Of a DNA stretch of 64,000 bases, positions 48,769 to 61,654 are shown piece after piece. The notes below the pieces were generated by a model. It saw only the letters and a program-made list of their open reading frames with translations. It was not told where the DNA came from and searched no databases. Numbering within the stretch: position 1 is the stretch's first letter; each line of letters starts with the position of its first letter. The stretch is from assembly GCF_018350175.1 (NCBI RefSeq), contig NC_058368.1, forward strand, positions 235,726,001-235,790,000. Direction: 5' to 3'. A program made the translations under genes and the position numbers. Source of the DNA: Felis catus (Eukaryota).

Positions 48769-48958
48769 CAGTGGTTTTAAGGCACAATGATATTGTCTCC
48801 AAGGGACACTTGGCATTGTCTGTGGGGGTTGTGGTATAGGTGTCTACGAGGCTGCTATCAGGGGTGCCGCTAAACCCCTTATAAGGCACAGGACAAACCT
48901 CACAACAAATAGTTTTTCAGACCAAAATGCTGCTAGTGCTGAGACTGAAAGGCCCTTA
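48769..48958. mobile_element. MER20 (hAT-Charlie) nested in L1
   Basis: 'cagtggtttt...agggacacttggcattgtctg...gccgctaaaccccttataaggcacaggaca...caaaatgctgctagtgctgagactga'. Confidence 0.8.
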
Positions 48959-49906
48959 TCTGGGGCTAATCATGCTCCATGACTCAGACAAGGCTCTTCC
49001 ATGTGCTTTGCCCCACAGCCCATGTGTTATGAGGTTTTCTCATCTGGCTGATGGGAACAGGCACTGTTCTTGACCCCGTGTGATCCTGTGACACTGTCCT
49101 TCTCGTCCTTCCAAGTGGATCTTTCCCCAGCCTCTGGTAGTTACCCACGTGCCAGTGATCAACGGGACCCAGCTGAAGGCTCCCCACGACCCTCTGCAGG
49201 TCTCCAGAGGTCTCTCCGTGCCGTCTCCTCTCTGGCGTTCTGTGCTGGGAAGTCTTCCTGCCCTTGTCCAACAGCTGGGCCTGCACTTCTCCCCAGACGG
49301 ACAGTAGGCTGGTCTCCAATGGAGACTCCCTCCTTTCGCATGAAAGCTCTCAGGCAGCAAGCTCCGGCCATCGCAGACCTGCTTTCTCGTCTCTCGGGAT
49401 CATTGCTTGATGGTCCAGTCTTGACAATGTGTGTTTGATACATTCTGTCTACCTCTTTGTGTGCTTCTGGTGAGAGGAGAAACATAGTCCCTTTCCTGAC
49501 AGGGAGTAGAAGTCGCTCTCGTGTAGTGATCATAACAGTTTACAAAGGAGGCATTTCTTTTATATATTCTATTTCTCATGAAAGAATAAATTATTAGTAT
49601 ACATATACAGATATATGTATATAAGAAAATGTTACTTTAGTAATCAGTCTGTCTATTCAACCCCACAGGAATTAGACTTCTAATAGTGATGTTAATATAG
49701 TACAATACTTTCAAAGTTACACTTAAATTGCATTTATTAGATGAAAAAATATGCTTCTGTCCCTGAAATCTGAGCTGTTCATCTGGGCGGAATTTAAATT
49801 GTACTGAATAAAATTCAATGAGTAAGAAAATTTGATCTTTAAAACCGCAGGGCAACATTATGAAGAAAAGGTAAAATGGACTCCAATAAAAAGTGAATGT
49901 AGTACC

Positions 49907-50130
49907 AGGGCGCCTGGGTGGCACAGTTGGTTAAGCGTCCGACTTCAGCCAGGTCACAATCTCGCGGTCCGGGAGTTCAAGCCCCACGTCGGGCTCTGGG
50001 CTGATGATGGCTCAGAGCCTGGAGCCTGTTTCCGATTCTGTGTCTCCCTCTCTCTCTCTGCCCCTCCCCCGTTCATGCTCTGTCTCTCTCTGTCCCAAAA
50101 ATAAATAAACGTTGAAAAAAAAATTAAAAA
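49907..50130 (+). mobile_element. Young feline SINE (SINEC_Fc3-like)
   Basis: Perfect 19-bp TSD aaaaagtgaatgtagtacc (49888-49906 / 50131-50149). Confidence 0.97.
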
Positions 50131-50386
50131 AAAAAGTGAATGTAGTACCTACTGGTATGTATTATAAAATAGTCAACTCCCTTGGCCATAAGACACTTCT
50201 TGGGTCCCTGAAGCTCATCACCTCATGCCAGCACCTTGGTTTTTAGTTTTCCTAGACAACAACTCAGAGGGACCAATTTTCCATTTATGTTCATGAAAAA
50301 CCATAAAGTACCATCAACCTAAAAGAAGTTTGAAGCCCTCTAGCGCTGCCTATGATCCACCCCAAGCCATTCTTGTGTAACGTGCA

Positions 50387-50413
50387 TGTGTGCGTGTGTG
50401 TGTGTGTGTGTGT
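50387..50413. repeat. (TG)n microsatellite
   Basis: Directly visible. Confidence 0.9.
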
Positions 50414-51339
50414 TTCGGCTCAGCCTAGACCATCTGCAGGGAAGGTCAAGATGTCAGACTCCTCCTGCTGTTTTGTGGGGCGTAGACCCAGAGAGAGCAG
50501 CTCAGGGAAAGAACAGAGTTACAGTGGTCAGTTACATCACCAAAGCTCCGGTTTAAACACACTTGTTTCTGTTAATCTAGCCTTTGCTTGTATCTCAAGA
50601 TCTCGTTAGGGCTTACTAGTTGACTTACACAGGAAAGGCAATCACCTACTAAAAGCCACATTAATAATCATGTCCTTTTTCTCTTCACATTAAGCCGTAA
50701 AGGGGCTCAACCAAGGACACGATTCTGACTTGTGTTTAAATTTACATGTGTTTACACAGAGTTGTTATATTCTTTATGTCAAAGTCGGGTCTCTGTTATT
50801 CCAAAGAGTTGACTCAACTTGATAATTAAGTTTAGATGTGGAAAGAGTAAAGGATTCCATCTTAAGGACTTGAAATCGGAAACGTGCTATCGGATGTCAT
50901 GTTCACGACCCTTGCGTGTCTTGCTTTGTGGCTGCCCAGCTGAGCAGACAGGGAGCTGATGCGGGTCTTCCCTCACCCCAGATCCCCACAGGCTCTGACG
51001 GGTCGGAAAGCACGGAGTCAGGGACCTCAGTTTTATCTGCACTCTGGCGCTTTTCTGGTTGCTTATTGAGCTGAAGAAGTTAATATGCCTCTAATAAAAC
51101 CACAGTGTCAATTCACCCTAACCGTGGAAGTGCTCGTACCTTGATATGTATATTCTAAAGGCTTGCGGAGATTTGGAGAATTTGATGGCACTTGTGTTTA
51201 CATTCACTTGTGTGCACAAGAAAGCAAGAAAGAGAGGTCTGAGTGAGGCTTCAGGCAGAGTGGTAAGGGAGAAGGCCATACAGTCTAACCTAGTAAGAAT
51301 TCAACGCTTCGAAGCCAGCTTGCTTTAGATGCCTCCTTT

Positions 51340-51543
51340 GGGGCGCCTGGGTGGCGCAGTCGGTTAAGCGTCCGACTTCAGCCAGGTCACGATCTCACGG
51401 TCCGTGAGTTCGAGCCCCGCGTCAGGCTCTGGGCTGATGGCTCGGAGCCTGGAGCCTGTTTCCGATTCTGCATCTCCCTCTCTCTCTGCCCATCCCCTGT
51501 TCATGCTCTGTCTCTCTCTGTCCCAAAAATAAATAAAAAAAAA
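51340..51543 (+). mobile_element. Young feline SINE (SINEC_Fc3-like)
   Basis: TSD agatgcctcctt (51327-51338 / 51544-51555). Confidence 0.97.
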
Positions 51544-52239
51544 AGATGCCTCCTTCACCCCATGTCAAGCCTCCCTGCTCCTTGGACACAGTGTTTGGAT
51601 GCAGACATAAACACTGGCCTTGCTGCTTTTTGGGGGATGGGTGGCCAACAATATCCAAGCCCTTCCAGGCCTGAGGACAACTCCTGGGCAAAGAGGAGCC
51701 TTTGCTGAATCAGCGGGCTCTGACCCTCTGCCTCTCCCAGTCGCTGTGAACCTCCCCCTGGCTGGACCACAGATCCAGGCCCAGTGCCCAGTGAAAGGTC
51801 AGCATTTTTGTGTGGCAGTTTCATGGAGACCGCGTGAAACCCACAGCATGAAATGCGCGGGGGTCCGAGCCCCCTTTATATGCACCAGGAGATTTGGTCC
51901 TTTGGCGTGAAGGAGGCCGGAGCCCGGGGCAACCGAGTGGTGGGGCTGGCTGTTCCCACCCGGGAACAAATAAACTTAGTGCTCCTGCTCCATGACAAAT
52001 CCCGAAAAGGCGACCCCCCCACCCCGAGAGGGGAATGGCCAACAATAGTTGGGGCTCCCCGCGGAGCCCCGTCTCCAGGGTCTCAGCATCTGCCCTGCAA
52101 ACACGGGATTGTGACTTCATCCTAAATCTGGGACTCTGTAATGTTAGCTGACAAGACGATATAGAAGGCGACAAGCACAGGGTGTCTGGTCCCCACCGAA
52201 TACTAATTGCCGGGGTAGAAAGAAGTGTCGGGGTCATAA

Positions 52240-53530
52240 AAACTGTCATCCGTTGGCTGGCGTTTCTGCAGCGTGCGGACCGGTTACATTCCTTGTCCGC
52301 ACATGTTTCAAATCAGCGAGGAATATAAATGAAGAATCCAGCTCCAACGCTCTCTTACACTTGGCACGCGGGGACACCAGCCGCAGCCCGGTCCGGCTCC
52401 CTCCGCGCTGCTGGGATCCGGAGCCCAAGGAGGCCACGCGCGGCCCAGGCCTCCTCCGGCAGAGCCGAGGAAGGAGAGCACCCCAGGTGGCCAGGCCCTG
52501 ATGCCCACCCGGCTCTCCACCTGCTCACACCCAAGTGCTCCCCCGGAGCCAGACCAGAGCAGGAGAGCCTCCCCTGCTGCGCCCTGCTTCCCGCCTGGAG
52601 CCTCCGGGACCACCGTGCCCCGTGAGCATGGAGAACATCCGGTTTTCTCTCTCTTCGTCCACACCCTGAGGTTGGCCTGAGCGGCCGCTCAGCTTTGAGA
52701 TGACGCTGTTACAGACGCGGGTCCCAGGCCCGTCATGCTTCTCGCCAAAGGAAATTATTTCGGAGCAAAACCCATCCGGTCCGAACACGCTTTCTTCTTT
52801 GGCCGCAGTCGCGTTGGCTTCCAGTCCTTTCCTCAGGTTTTATCTTATTTATTTTGAGAGAAAGAGAGAGAGAAAGAGAGACAGAGAGGGAGGGAGAATC
52901 CCAAGCATGCTCTGCGCTGTCAGCAGGGAGCCCGATGCGGGGCTTGAACTCACCAACCGGGACATCGTGACCTGAGCCGAAACCAAAAGTCGGATGCTTA
53001 AACGGCGCCTCTGGCTGTCAGTTCTGACTTGTTGGTGGGGACAGGTGCCAGCAGGGGGGAAGCGGAGGGCACCACGCCTCCCTGGCTGCTTGGGTCGTTC
53101 AGGGATGGCCGGGAGGAAGCAGGCCAGCCCGCAGCCCCTTATCCTCCAGCCAGGTGTCCCGGCAGGGCCACGTGTGGGTCCTAGATGCAGTCCGATGGAG
53201 TCACGGGGCTGCCCCCACCCAAAGCGCGGCCTGAGGAGGGGGCCCCGGGCAGTCTTCATCCGGGGCGTGGGTGAAAGCCCCCAGCCGAGGGCCCACACAC
53301 CTGCCAGCATCGGTGAGGTGTCTCCTGGGGGCGAGAATGAGCCTCCACGAATAGGTGTTTGCGATGTGTGGCGTTTATGACCCGTGCTTTCGCCTCTTTC
53401 ACCTCTTCGCTCTCAGACGAAGAGTGTCCTTTTTCGTTAAGTATGGCCAACGCGCAGCACCTCGGGAATTTGGGGTTTTAACCGGCGCCCTGCGTTTTCA
53501 GGCCCATCGCGCGGCTCTGTACTGGGGAGA
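52240..53530. other. CpG-island-like GC-rich segment
   Basis: Visibly dense CpGs (e.g. 'ccgcagcccggtccggctccctccgcgctg', 'gccacgcgcggccc'); not quantified. Confidence 0.4.
52838..53011 (-). mobile_element. CAN-SINE with deletions
   Basis: 'gagaatcccaagcatgctctgcgctgtcagca...gtgacctgagccgaaacc...cggatgcttaa'. Confidence 0.92.
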
Positions 53531-53871
53531 CATTGTGTCTTGATATGACAGATCCCTCCTGTCTTTTTTTATTTTTTGGTTCCAGCACCAGACATCTTTT
53601 CACAGTATGATGTTACCGTTTCATATCATTATTATTATTGGAAATTGTGTCAATTTCCAATTGACGCCCCTTCCTTGGCCCATGGCGGGACGGGGGCCGT
53701 AGTAGCCTTGCAAACGTGAACACGTGACAGCTCTTTATAGCACCGGGTTTTCTTTGCGCTTCTAACTGGACCCGCTCATGGACGTCCCCAGGGGGTGGTC
53801 CAGCCAGAGCAGCCCCAGCCTCCCAGGGGGGTCAGACGCTCCTGAAGAAGCCTGAGCTCAATCGCCACCAC

Positions 53872-54180
53872 CAGGGGCAGCAGACTTCTGGAAGGGGCCA
53901 TGCGAGAAATATTTTCAGCGTCTGTGGGCAACAGGTCTTTGTTGAAGCCACTCAGCTTGGCACCTGGTGTGAAAAAAGCCACGGCCGCATGCATGAATGG
54001 GCGTATCTGCGTTCCAATAAAACTTTATCGACGGCCTCTGGAATTTGATTTTCGTATCATTTTCACGGGTCCCAAAACATTCTTCCCTCTTTTATTATTA
54101 TTTTTTTTAACATTTAAACATGTACAACCCATTCTTAGCTTGGGTACTGGACCAAAAACAAGCCTTTTGGCGAGCCCCTA
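53872..54180. mobile_element. MER58B-like hAT-Charlie element
   Basis: cagggg start; 'gttccaataaaactttat', 'gaatttgattttcgtatcattttcacg' and 'acccattcttagct'. Confidence 0.85.
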
Positions 54181-54245
54181 CAGGAGACTCACGTGAGAAG
54201 AAAATAGTTGTGTTTGGGGCAGGCCTCCTTCAAAGCTCCTTTTCA

Positions 54246-54460
54246 GGGGCGCTCGGGAGGCTCGGTCGGTTCTGACTCTTGGTTTCTGCTCAGGCGATGA
54301 TCTCAGGGTTCACGGGTTTGAGCTCCGTGTCAGGCTCTGTGCTGACAGCGCGGAGCCTGCTTGGGATTCTCTCTCTCCCTCTCTCTCTGCGCCCCCCCCC
54401 CCCCCGCTGATGTTTGCTGTCTCTCTCAAAATAAATGTGATTAAAAAAAATATATTACAA
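54246..54460 (+). mobile_element. CAN-SINE
   Basis: Head with a small deletion, CT tract and A tail; TSD aaagctccttt. Confidence 0.93.
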
Positions 54461-57400
54461 AAAGCTCCTTTCCCTGGCTTTGGGGGTCGTAGGCTTCAAA
54501 GAGTGTGCTGTTGGTGCACGTAGAGTCACTGGGTGGCAGACGCTGAGGTAACGATTGTGAACGATAGTTCACGTGGCCACACTAGGCTCAGTGACGTATT
54601 TAGCCAGAAAAGTGATCGAACTATTTATATGGAAAATTAACTAGGTGAGATGTCTACATAGCTTTCGAAAGCCTTGTCCAACCGCAGATGGGTTTTTCCA
54701 TTCAATTTTTTTTATTGTTGTTGCTGTAGGTGATGTATTTTTTTTTTTGCTGTAAATGACGTCAAATTATGCTAAGACACATGATCGAAGTGCACCGTGA
54801 ATTGTAAAAGCCGTGTGAGTTTTCCCTTGAATTTGCAAATCTGTTGTCTTGCTTCCCCCTTTTACATCCAAGGAATCTCACAACATCTAGTTTGTTTTTT
54901 GCTAATCTCATGCCTTGGAAGCCCACGCCTGGAGCTTTGCCACGGCTCTTCCTGGGAAATGCATATTCATAAAATAATTCAGTATTTTGAGAATATTCCA
55001 GGATGAGGAAAGGGAGGGAAGATGTCTTTCTTTGGTTTTATGTCCAATTTTACTTTAAAAGTCTTTCAGGCCCTCTACGTCTCAATAGTGTGTACAGCCA
55101 TCCATGACCCCCACCCCCGAAATCTTGAATTCCTCGGAAATATTCAAGAAATGTTAAGCTCTAGTCTTAATTTTGCCGGACACACTTTTCTAAAAAAGTA
55201 CATTTTATGCGGATTCTTGATTCAACTTGTTTGGAAATTTCTATTGCGTTACTTTTTCGGTTTGCACCTCAAGAGGAAGACACAACTGTCATTTTATGGG
55301 ACTGTTTGGGGGTAGGATTCACGTGAATCCAAGGTTTTGATCTGTTCCTATTTTGCTGCCGCGCTCTGGGAAAAGCAGAATAAACTTCCAGAGAGAATGC
55401 TTAAGGTCGATTTTAGCGTTAGGTCCAGAGTATGCTACTGAGAAGCCTGATGTCTCTTGCTCGCCTCTGCAGTGATCCTTGTCTCGCTGAGAACTCTGTC
55501 CCACGGTGTCTGTGCAGCAACAACTAGCCTTTCTGGATACAGCTGCCGTGGAGCCAGACGTCCCTCATGAGTTCTCCCTTCTCAGGCTGCAGGCCCCAGA
55601 GTGTTAGCTTGGAGGGTTAGAACATGCCTCAGACAAGGGATCATCGCTGTGCTGACTGTTTTTCTGTTTTGTTCTGTTCCTTTGTCACCGATCTCACCCC
55701 TGGCAACATCCAGCTCTCTCACAAACACATGCTTTTGGTCACAAGGGGGACTGGGTGGGAGACTGTGGCTGGACCAGTTCAAGCCCGTCACCCCCAGCGG
55801 GAAGCGACTCAACCCACACGGCTTGGTGGCCCGGAGCCACCTGAGGCATCCGTGAGGACAAAGAGAGCATCGTGATTACTGACAAAGCACAGGCTGCCAG
55901 AGTGTTTTCCATCTAAGTCCGGGCTGCCGTGTTTATCCCCTTCCACTGCTCTCCCATTGGCTTCTGCACATTTCAGGCATCATTAAGTGGGCAAAACCCG
56001 TTTATCATTTTAAATTGCACAATATGAACTCTATCCATCAGTGTTCTGGAGACGTTAAAATGCAAGCATTCCAATAAGGAGTAATTCCAATGCATACTAT
56101 TTACACGGGGTTCTTCTACCCATATCCATGAGCACTTACTTGGATAGCTGTGGTTTATTTTTGGCTGCAAATAATTACTCATTAAACAGGATCATTTGTG
56201 AAGCAATAGCTTATGTAGGTCAGCAAAATTGTTCATATTAAGGGAATTTCACTTACTAAGATCTATTGATTTGAACCTAACTGAAACACATTCAACTTTC
56301 TTTATTACACTCTTTCTCCCAGATGTCTTCATTCAGAGATTTTATAGTTTTTCCCCCCTTTCAATTACGTACACTATATAAACTTCTATGGCTGTTTCCC
56401 TTTCTTGTCTCCATTTTGTAGGGCCACATGGGTTCAACACGAGAAAAGGAGAAAGGGAGCTTCCCTCTGAGGGTAGGGTGTTGGCCGGGACGCAGACCTG
56501 TCTGTCCTGACTCTTCGAGAGTCCCCTGGGGCCCCGGGCTGGGGTGTGGCTCCAGGCCTGGGGTCCTCCCTGACTTCACGTCCCCCAGCTGGCGAGATGC
56601 AGTTTCCTGCTGAGGGTGCCTGGGACCTTGAGAATGGGCTGCCACAAGACAGAAAGACCCCAGGTCCCTGAAGTTCCATGGGGAAGGCCACCTCTCCAAC
56701 CACATCTGCCTTGAGGGTTTTCAAGCAGCAGGGAGGTTCGGGCTCAGCATCCTGTGCAGGCTCGGGCTGGCTGACCCCCGCTGACTGAGGATGTCCACTA
56801 ACTGCTGAGCAGGTGGACACACGTGCTCCTTGGATAGCGATAGCCCAGTATAGGCGACAAAACCTGCTTATCGTGGCACTGCCCCTCCTTCTCCCTGGCT
56901 CCGTAGCTTCCCCACACCCTCCTGTTCTTCTTGAGTCTTTGCTTATCCCTTCGTGAAAGCAGAACTAGAGGACACGGCACCAACCCAAAATCTGCCCCAA
57001 GCTGCTTGTTTCTTTCTCCTTTGGCTACGCTGGGGGTGCCCTGCAAAGTCCCAATTCTCTCAGAGCTTGACTGGGGACAGTCCGTGTGAAGAGGCAGTGA
57101 TGCTTCCCGTGAGCTGGAATGAGGCTCGTTCTCTCTTCAAATCCCGCTAAATTCTGTAGAAAAGGCACTGACTCTCCTTTCAGGAAGAGAAGTAAGTCCG
57201 TCATTGCAAAAGCCACCGTTGATTTGCCTTGTTTCTGCCCACCGCCCAGCCGCGTCTGCTACGGCAGCTGGGAGGATGGGGACTCAGGCCGGGGAGCACA
57301 TGCCACCATGAAGGGGGGTGGAGGGAGGGCCCAGTGGGAGGGGCAGGCGCTGAGACCAGGGGACCAGCAGATTCCCATCAGTTTGCAGCCAGCCTGAACT

Positions 57401-57521
57401 GGAGCCGTGTCCAGACCGCTGAGATGGCCATAAAGGGATCTTGTTACTCTCATTCTGTGATCTGGCTTCAGATTCTCATCTAGAGAAGTCACACTAGTCT
57501 TCACGGTGAGAGAGAATGCAC

Positions 57522-57559
57522 TGTGTGTGTGTGTGTGTGTGTGTGTGTTGTGTGTGTGT
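57522..57559. repeat. (TG)n microsatellite
   Basis: Directly visible. Confidence 0.95.
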
Positions 57560-60500
57560 TTGGGAGAGGAGCAGTGGCGGTTTTAGATACTGAATAAAGA
57601 GAGGGGATTACGAAGACGCAACCTATGACAAATAGAAATTGACATGTGATGGGGGAGACACATTGGAAAGGAGGAGGAAGAGTTACCATAATCAAACCCG
57701 GTTGCTGATCAGCTCAAGTGGCCGCACAGTTAGCCCCCGGGCCGGTTATGCCTAAGATTCCGAAACACGGGCACAGAGCCGATGAAAGAGTTTATTAATT
57801 TCAATGCAGACTAAAGCTATTAGCTTACACTTCCAATTTTCCAGCATCCGAGGGAGGATAATAAAATTTAACACACACATTTCTAAGGAATCTCTTTGTC
57901 TCGGACACAGCAGTCCATTGAATCTATAGAACACAGTTTGTACCATAAGAATGAATGTAAATATCATTGAATGTCAGTGCATGCTATTTTCAGAGAATCT
58001 ATGTTTCCCCTTTTCTTAGAATTATGATCACACATCTACATCCAGCTTGAGCTTTGGAGACTTATGTACTCTGTATCAACTACTCATTTGGCCTTTGGCC
58101 TGCTTCCTGCTTAGGGGACACATTTGAGTCTGGGGTCTGCTATTCCATAACTAAAACTGAAAAGTAGGTATCTCTTGTTTTTCAATTTGTTATGAGAAGA
58201 ACTATGTTCTCATACAATGAGAATTGCATAGTTTTTTAAAAGTATGCTCCAAGCCACTCTCCTTCTCATTATATCTATCTTGTAGAGTAAAGAACTGAAG
58301 GCAAGCTATCATGATTTTTTTGTGCTGAAAGACAGAAAGCATCTCAACCAAGGGCTATTGGAAGAATAAAACCTCCTGCTCCAGTGAAGACAATGCATCG
58401 TCCCAATGTGCTCTAACCTGATACAGTTCTGTGGGGACAGAAAGACCCTCTGGTCTGAGCATGTATCTGAAGCACTGGGCTAATAAATCTTCCACACGCC
58501 TCCTTCTGTGCACGACCCAGCCCACTATGTAATAATTGCCAAACAGGAGACCATATCTTCTCATCCCCAGTAGGTCTAAAGCCTCACTGGGATCACACTT
58601 GATTCCCACAGAATCCCTTGCTTTGTGCAGACCCAGACACCGTATCGTTCAGTAGGAAAGAGCAAGTCATATATTCATGGAGGTTTGCCCTGGAGGGTTG
58701 AGGGAGCACAAAACCCAGATGCGGATGAGCGGGTGGTGTGTGTGAATGCCAACGTGGCGACACGAATGTGGTCACGTAAGACAAGGGGGACTTCCGAGGT
58801 CTGGAGGGGATTGGCTTTCTCATGCTGATGTGAGCTGGGAACCCCCAGGAGGGAGGAATGGTTCTCTTTTGCTGCCGGGGTGTTGGAATCCAGCTGCATT
58901 AGGTGGAGTGATTTAGGGCTATACTGTTAGGACTACGAGGGACCACGTTTACAGAGACAGGAAATCGAGGAGCCTGGAAGAGCAGACCCCACGTGTGGAG
59001 CCTGAGTGTCCTGGAAAGAGGTGGGATTGCAGCAGACCTGAGAACATGGAGGCAATTACCAAGGTCTGGAGCTCAGCCCCAGAAGTACAAGCCTACTCTG
59101 CGAAGCAGAGTGGGAAACTGACCTAGGTGAAATCACCGCTCAGCAATTGTCAGTGTTTTGGACAAAGGCAGCCTCTAGCACTTAGCACTTAGGAATTGGT
59201 GGGGCAGCAGTCCTCTCCACGGCCTTGCCAGAAAGTCATGATACGAGAGAAAACAGTCTTAGCATCAAGTTCTCAAACCTCGTGGTCATTTTCCGGCAGG
59301 CGGGCAAAAACTGCTTGTCCAGCCTATTCTGGTAGCTGAGTAAAAGTTCCAATCCCCATCCTCAGGAGTTCCAAGACGCCCCTGGTGTGAAAACATTGCT
59401 CGGAGGTGGTGACAGGGATATGGGGATATGGCGATGCCAGGAGCAGGTGTGCTAGGGGCTGCATGGAAAGGTAGATTCCTGATGAGGTGGCGGGACCTGG
59501 GACCAGCGCGGGTTCGGACAAAGACACGAAGTGATGAGCTTGTCACCCTTGCATGTGGAAGGTGTCATCAGGGTGCAGGCTGTCAACTTAAGTGAGCCCT
59601 GCCTGCCAGGTCGAGGACGAGGCAGCGCACAAAAGTGGAAGAGGAGCACGGGCTGATCATACGAGTGGCTCAGAAACCCCGGGCATAGCCCTGGAGTACA
59701 GGCAGCCCCCCTTTTCTATTCCTGAGCAACGAGGGGCCCGAGAGCCTGGTTAAAGAGTGGAGGCAGCAAGGAACTAGAGCGTCAGGGCGAGGAAGGCAGT
59801 GAGGACACGTTGCTCCTGGCACCCAGGACTCGGTGCGTCGAGGATGAGGGTGGGACAGAGCTCAAGCAGGGAGCTTAGGGATCCCTATATCCTCCCCACG
59901 CGGCTTGTGTGGGTTCCGAGGCTTGTTCTAGAACACAACATAGGGTACAAATAAGAATATTTGTTTTGAATGAGAAAATAACACATAACAAATCATAAGC
60001 TACATGGAAACATGCTTACGCACACACGGATGAATGAATGAATAGGTGAATGAAAGAACGACTACGCATCGACTATATTTAACTTTCTTATAATTTTAAG
60101 GTGCGTAGTATCTGATTATCTTTTTGAATGCTAGTGATTTCCTGGTATGTTTTCTACAAAAAAAAAAAAAAAGAACCTAGAAAGATGACTTAGTCTTTGC
60201 CTCAACTTGCGTGCTTAGATTTTATTTTTTTGTTATTGGATATGAAAACACATAAAACATACCACTTCACACGTGGGAACTCTTGTCATTTGTAGTACTG
60301 TTGGGTACGTGTCCTGCAAAACACAAAGATAAATTATATTTCATGAGATTTCCATCAGAAAGAAAGGAAAATATGAATATAATTCTAAATATCAATATGG
60401 CCTCGTGAGGATGTTACTGATGGGGAGACCATCCATTTTGATGAGGAACCTTTCTTGAAGTTGTACACACTTGGGGACTGGAAGACATTTCCATAGACTG

Positions 60501-60706
60501 CCTCCTAAAGCTATACATTCTGGATCTCCTTTCTTCCCTGTTACCGCGGGTTTGGTGTCATTACCTGTGGGACACATTCTTGTCACAGGACCTCTGGCCT
60601 GGGTCTGAGTATATGTCTTGCATGTTGATGGTAAGGACAGCTGCCAGTAACTGAATTATACCAGGAAGTGACTGCAAACCCATAAATATATCAGGCTAAA
60701 TGAAAG

Positions 60707-60708
<2 letters not shown>

Positions 60709-60749
<41 letters not shown>
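60709..60749. repeat. (TA)n microsatellite
   Basis: Directly visible. Confidence 0.98.
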
Positions 60750-60751
<2 letters not shown>

Positions 60752-61465
60752 TTAAAAACTCTAAAATATGACTTGGCCATTCACTATCCCTGGACACGAG
60801 GGGAAGGTGGGCATGGGATAGGCAGACTAGACTCCATCCCAATTTCTTAGGTCTCACTTTGGCAAACTTTATTAAAACATATGACCCACACCAATGTGTT
60901 ACTAGCGTCTATCCTCGGGGATCATGGGCCAGTGGGAATCAGGCTGATGCCGGAGTTTTATTAACATCACTACAAACTTAGTAGTTGCCAGGGTGTCTTG
61001 CAAATGGTCTCAATCAGGATTTATTGGGCAATCCAACATGAATAACATCATGCAGATGAAAGGGACTTTGACAGAAGATAACACCCACTTCAGTCAGCGG
61101 CCTTCGGCATGTTGCGCTCATAGAGTTCCCGCCCAGGGTGGGTGCCTCACTGCTCTACAGTTGGGAGGCAGTCAGCGTGTCCTGTGTCTCGTGCTGTGCC
61201 CCAGTGGAAAGGAAGCAGGAAGATAGGTTGGCAGGGAGGCTGACCCTTCAGGAGGCTGCACACCCGGGGTGCTGATTCTCCCATTTAACCTGCAGGTAAG
61301 ACAGTGAGAAGTGATGACGGGAAAGACCTATGAAACCAGATGTTGTCAGCTCCTTCTGACCATTTTCTCTCCTGAAGAGTGGGCTACCTGGGCGCTTTAG
61401 TAATAATTAAAAAAAAAAGTTATCCTGAGAAATGTTGATGTATGTATCTAAGGTACATCATTCTT

Positions 61466-61654
61466 TAAAAAAATTTTTTTAAGTATTTATTTTTGACAGA
61501 CAGAGAGAGAGAGAGAGAGAGAGAGAATCTGAAGCAGGTTCCATGCTGTCCACATGGAGTCTGATGTGGGGTGGGGTCTCAGGAAACGTGAGATCATGAC
61601 CTGAGCCGAAATCAAGAGTCAGATGCTTAAACAACTGAGCAACCCAGGCATCCC
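61466..61654 (-). mobile_element. CAN-SINE
   Basis: 17-bp TSD taaggtacatcattctt / tagggtacatcattctt. Confidence 0.95.

Larger units (their letters stand above)
43230..49514 (-). mobile_element. Ancient L1 (L1MC/MD-like) running from 3' UTR to a 5' UTR-like region, with multiple nested insertions
   Basis: Minus-strand ORFs MFTATLFLIAPKWKQ (ORF2 C-terminus) and THHINRLEVKNPH...TFSTLGIE (RT region). A 5'-end-like segment lies at 48960-49514 ('gggaacaggcactgttct...ctttccccagcctctggtagtt'). Confidence 0.8.

Noticed and set aside
53866..53884. CTCF-like ccaccaggggcagca
   Set aside because: One base short in the core, and formed by the junction with the MER58 terminal repeat.
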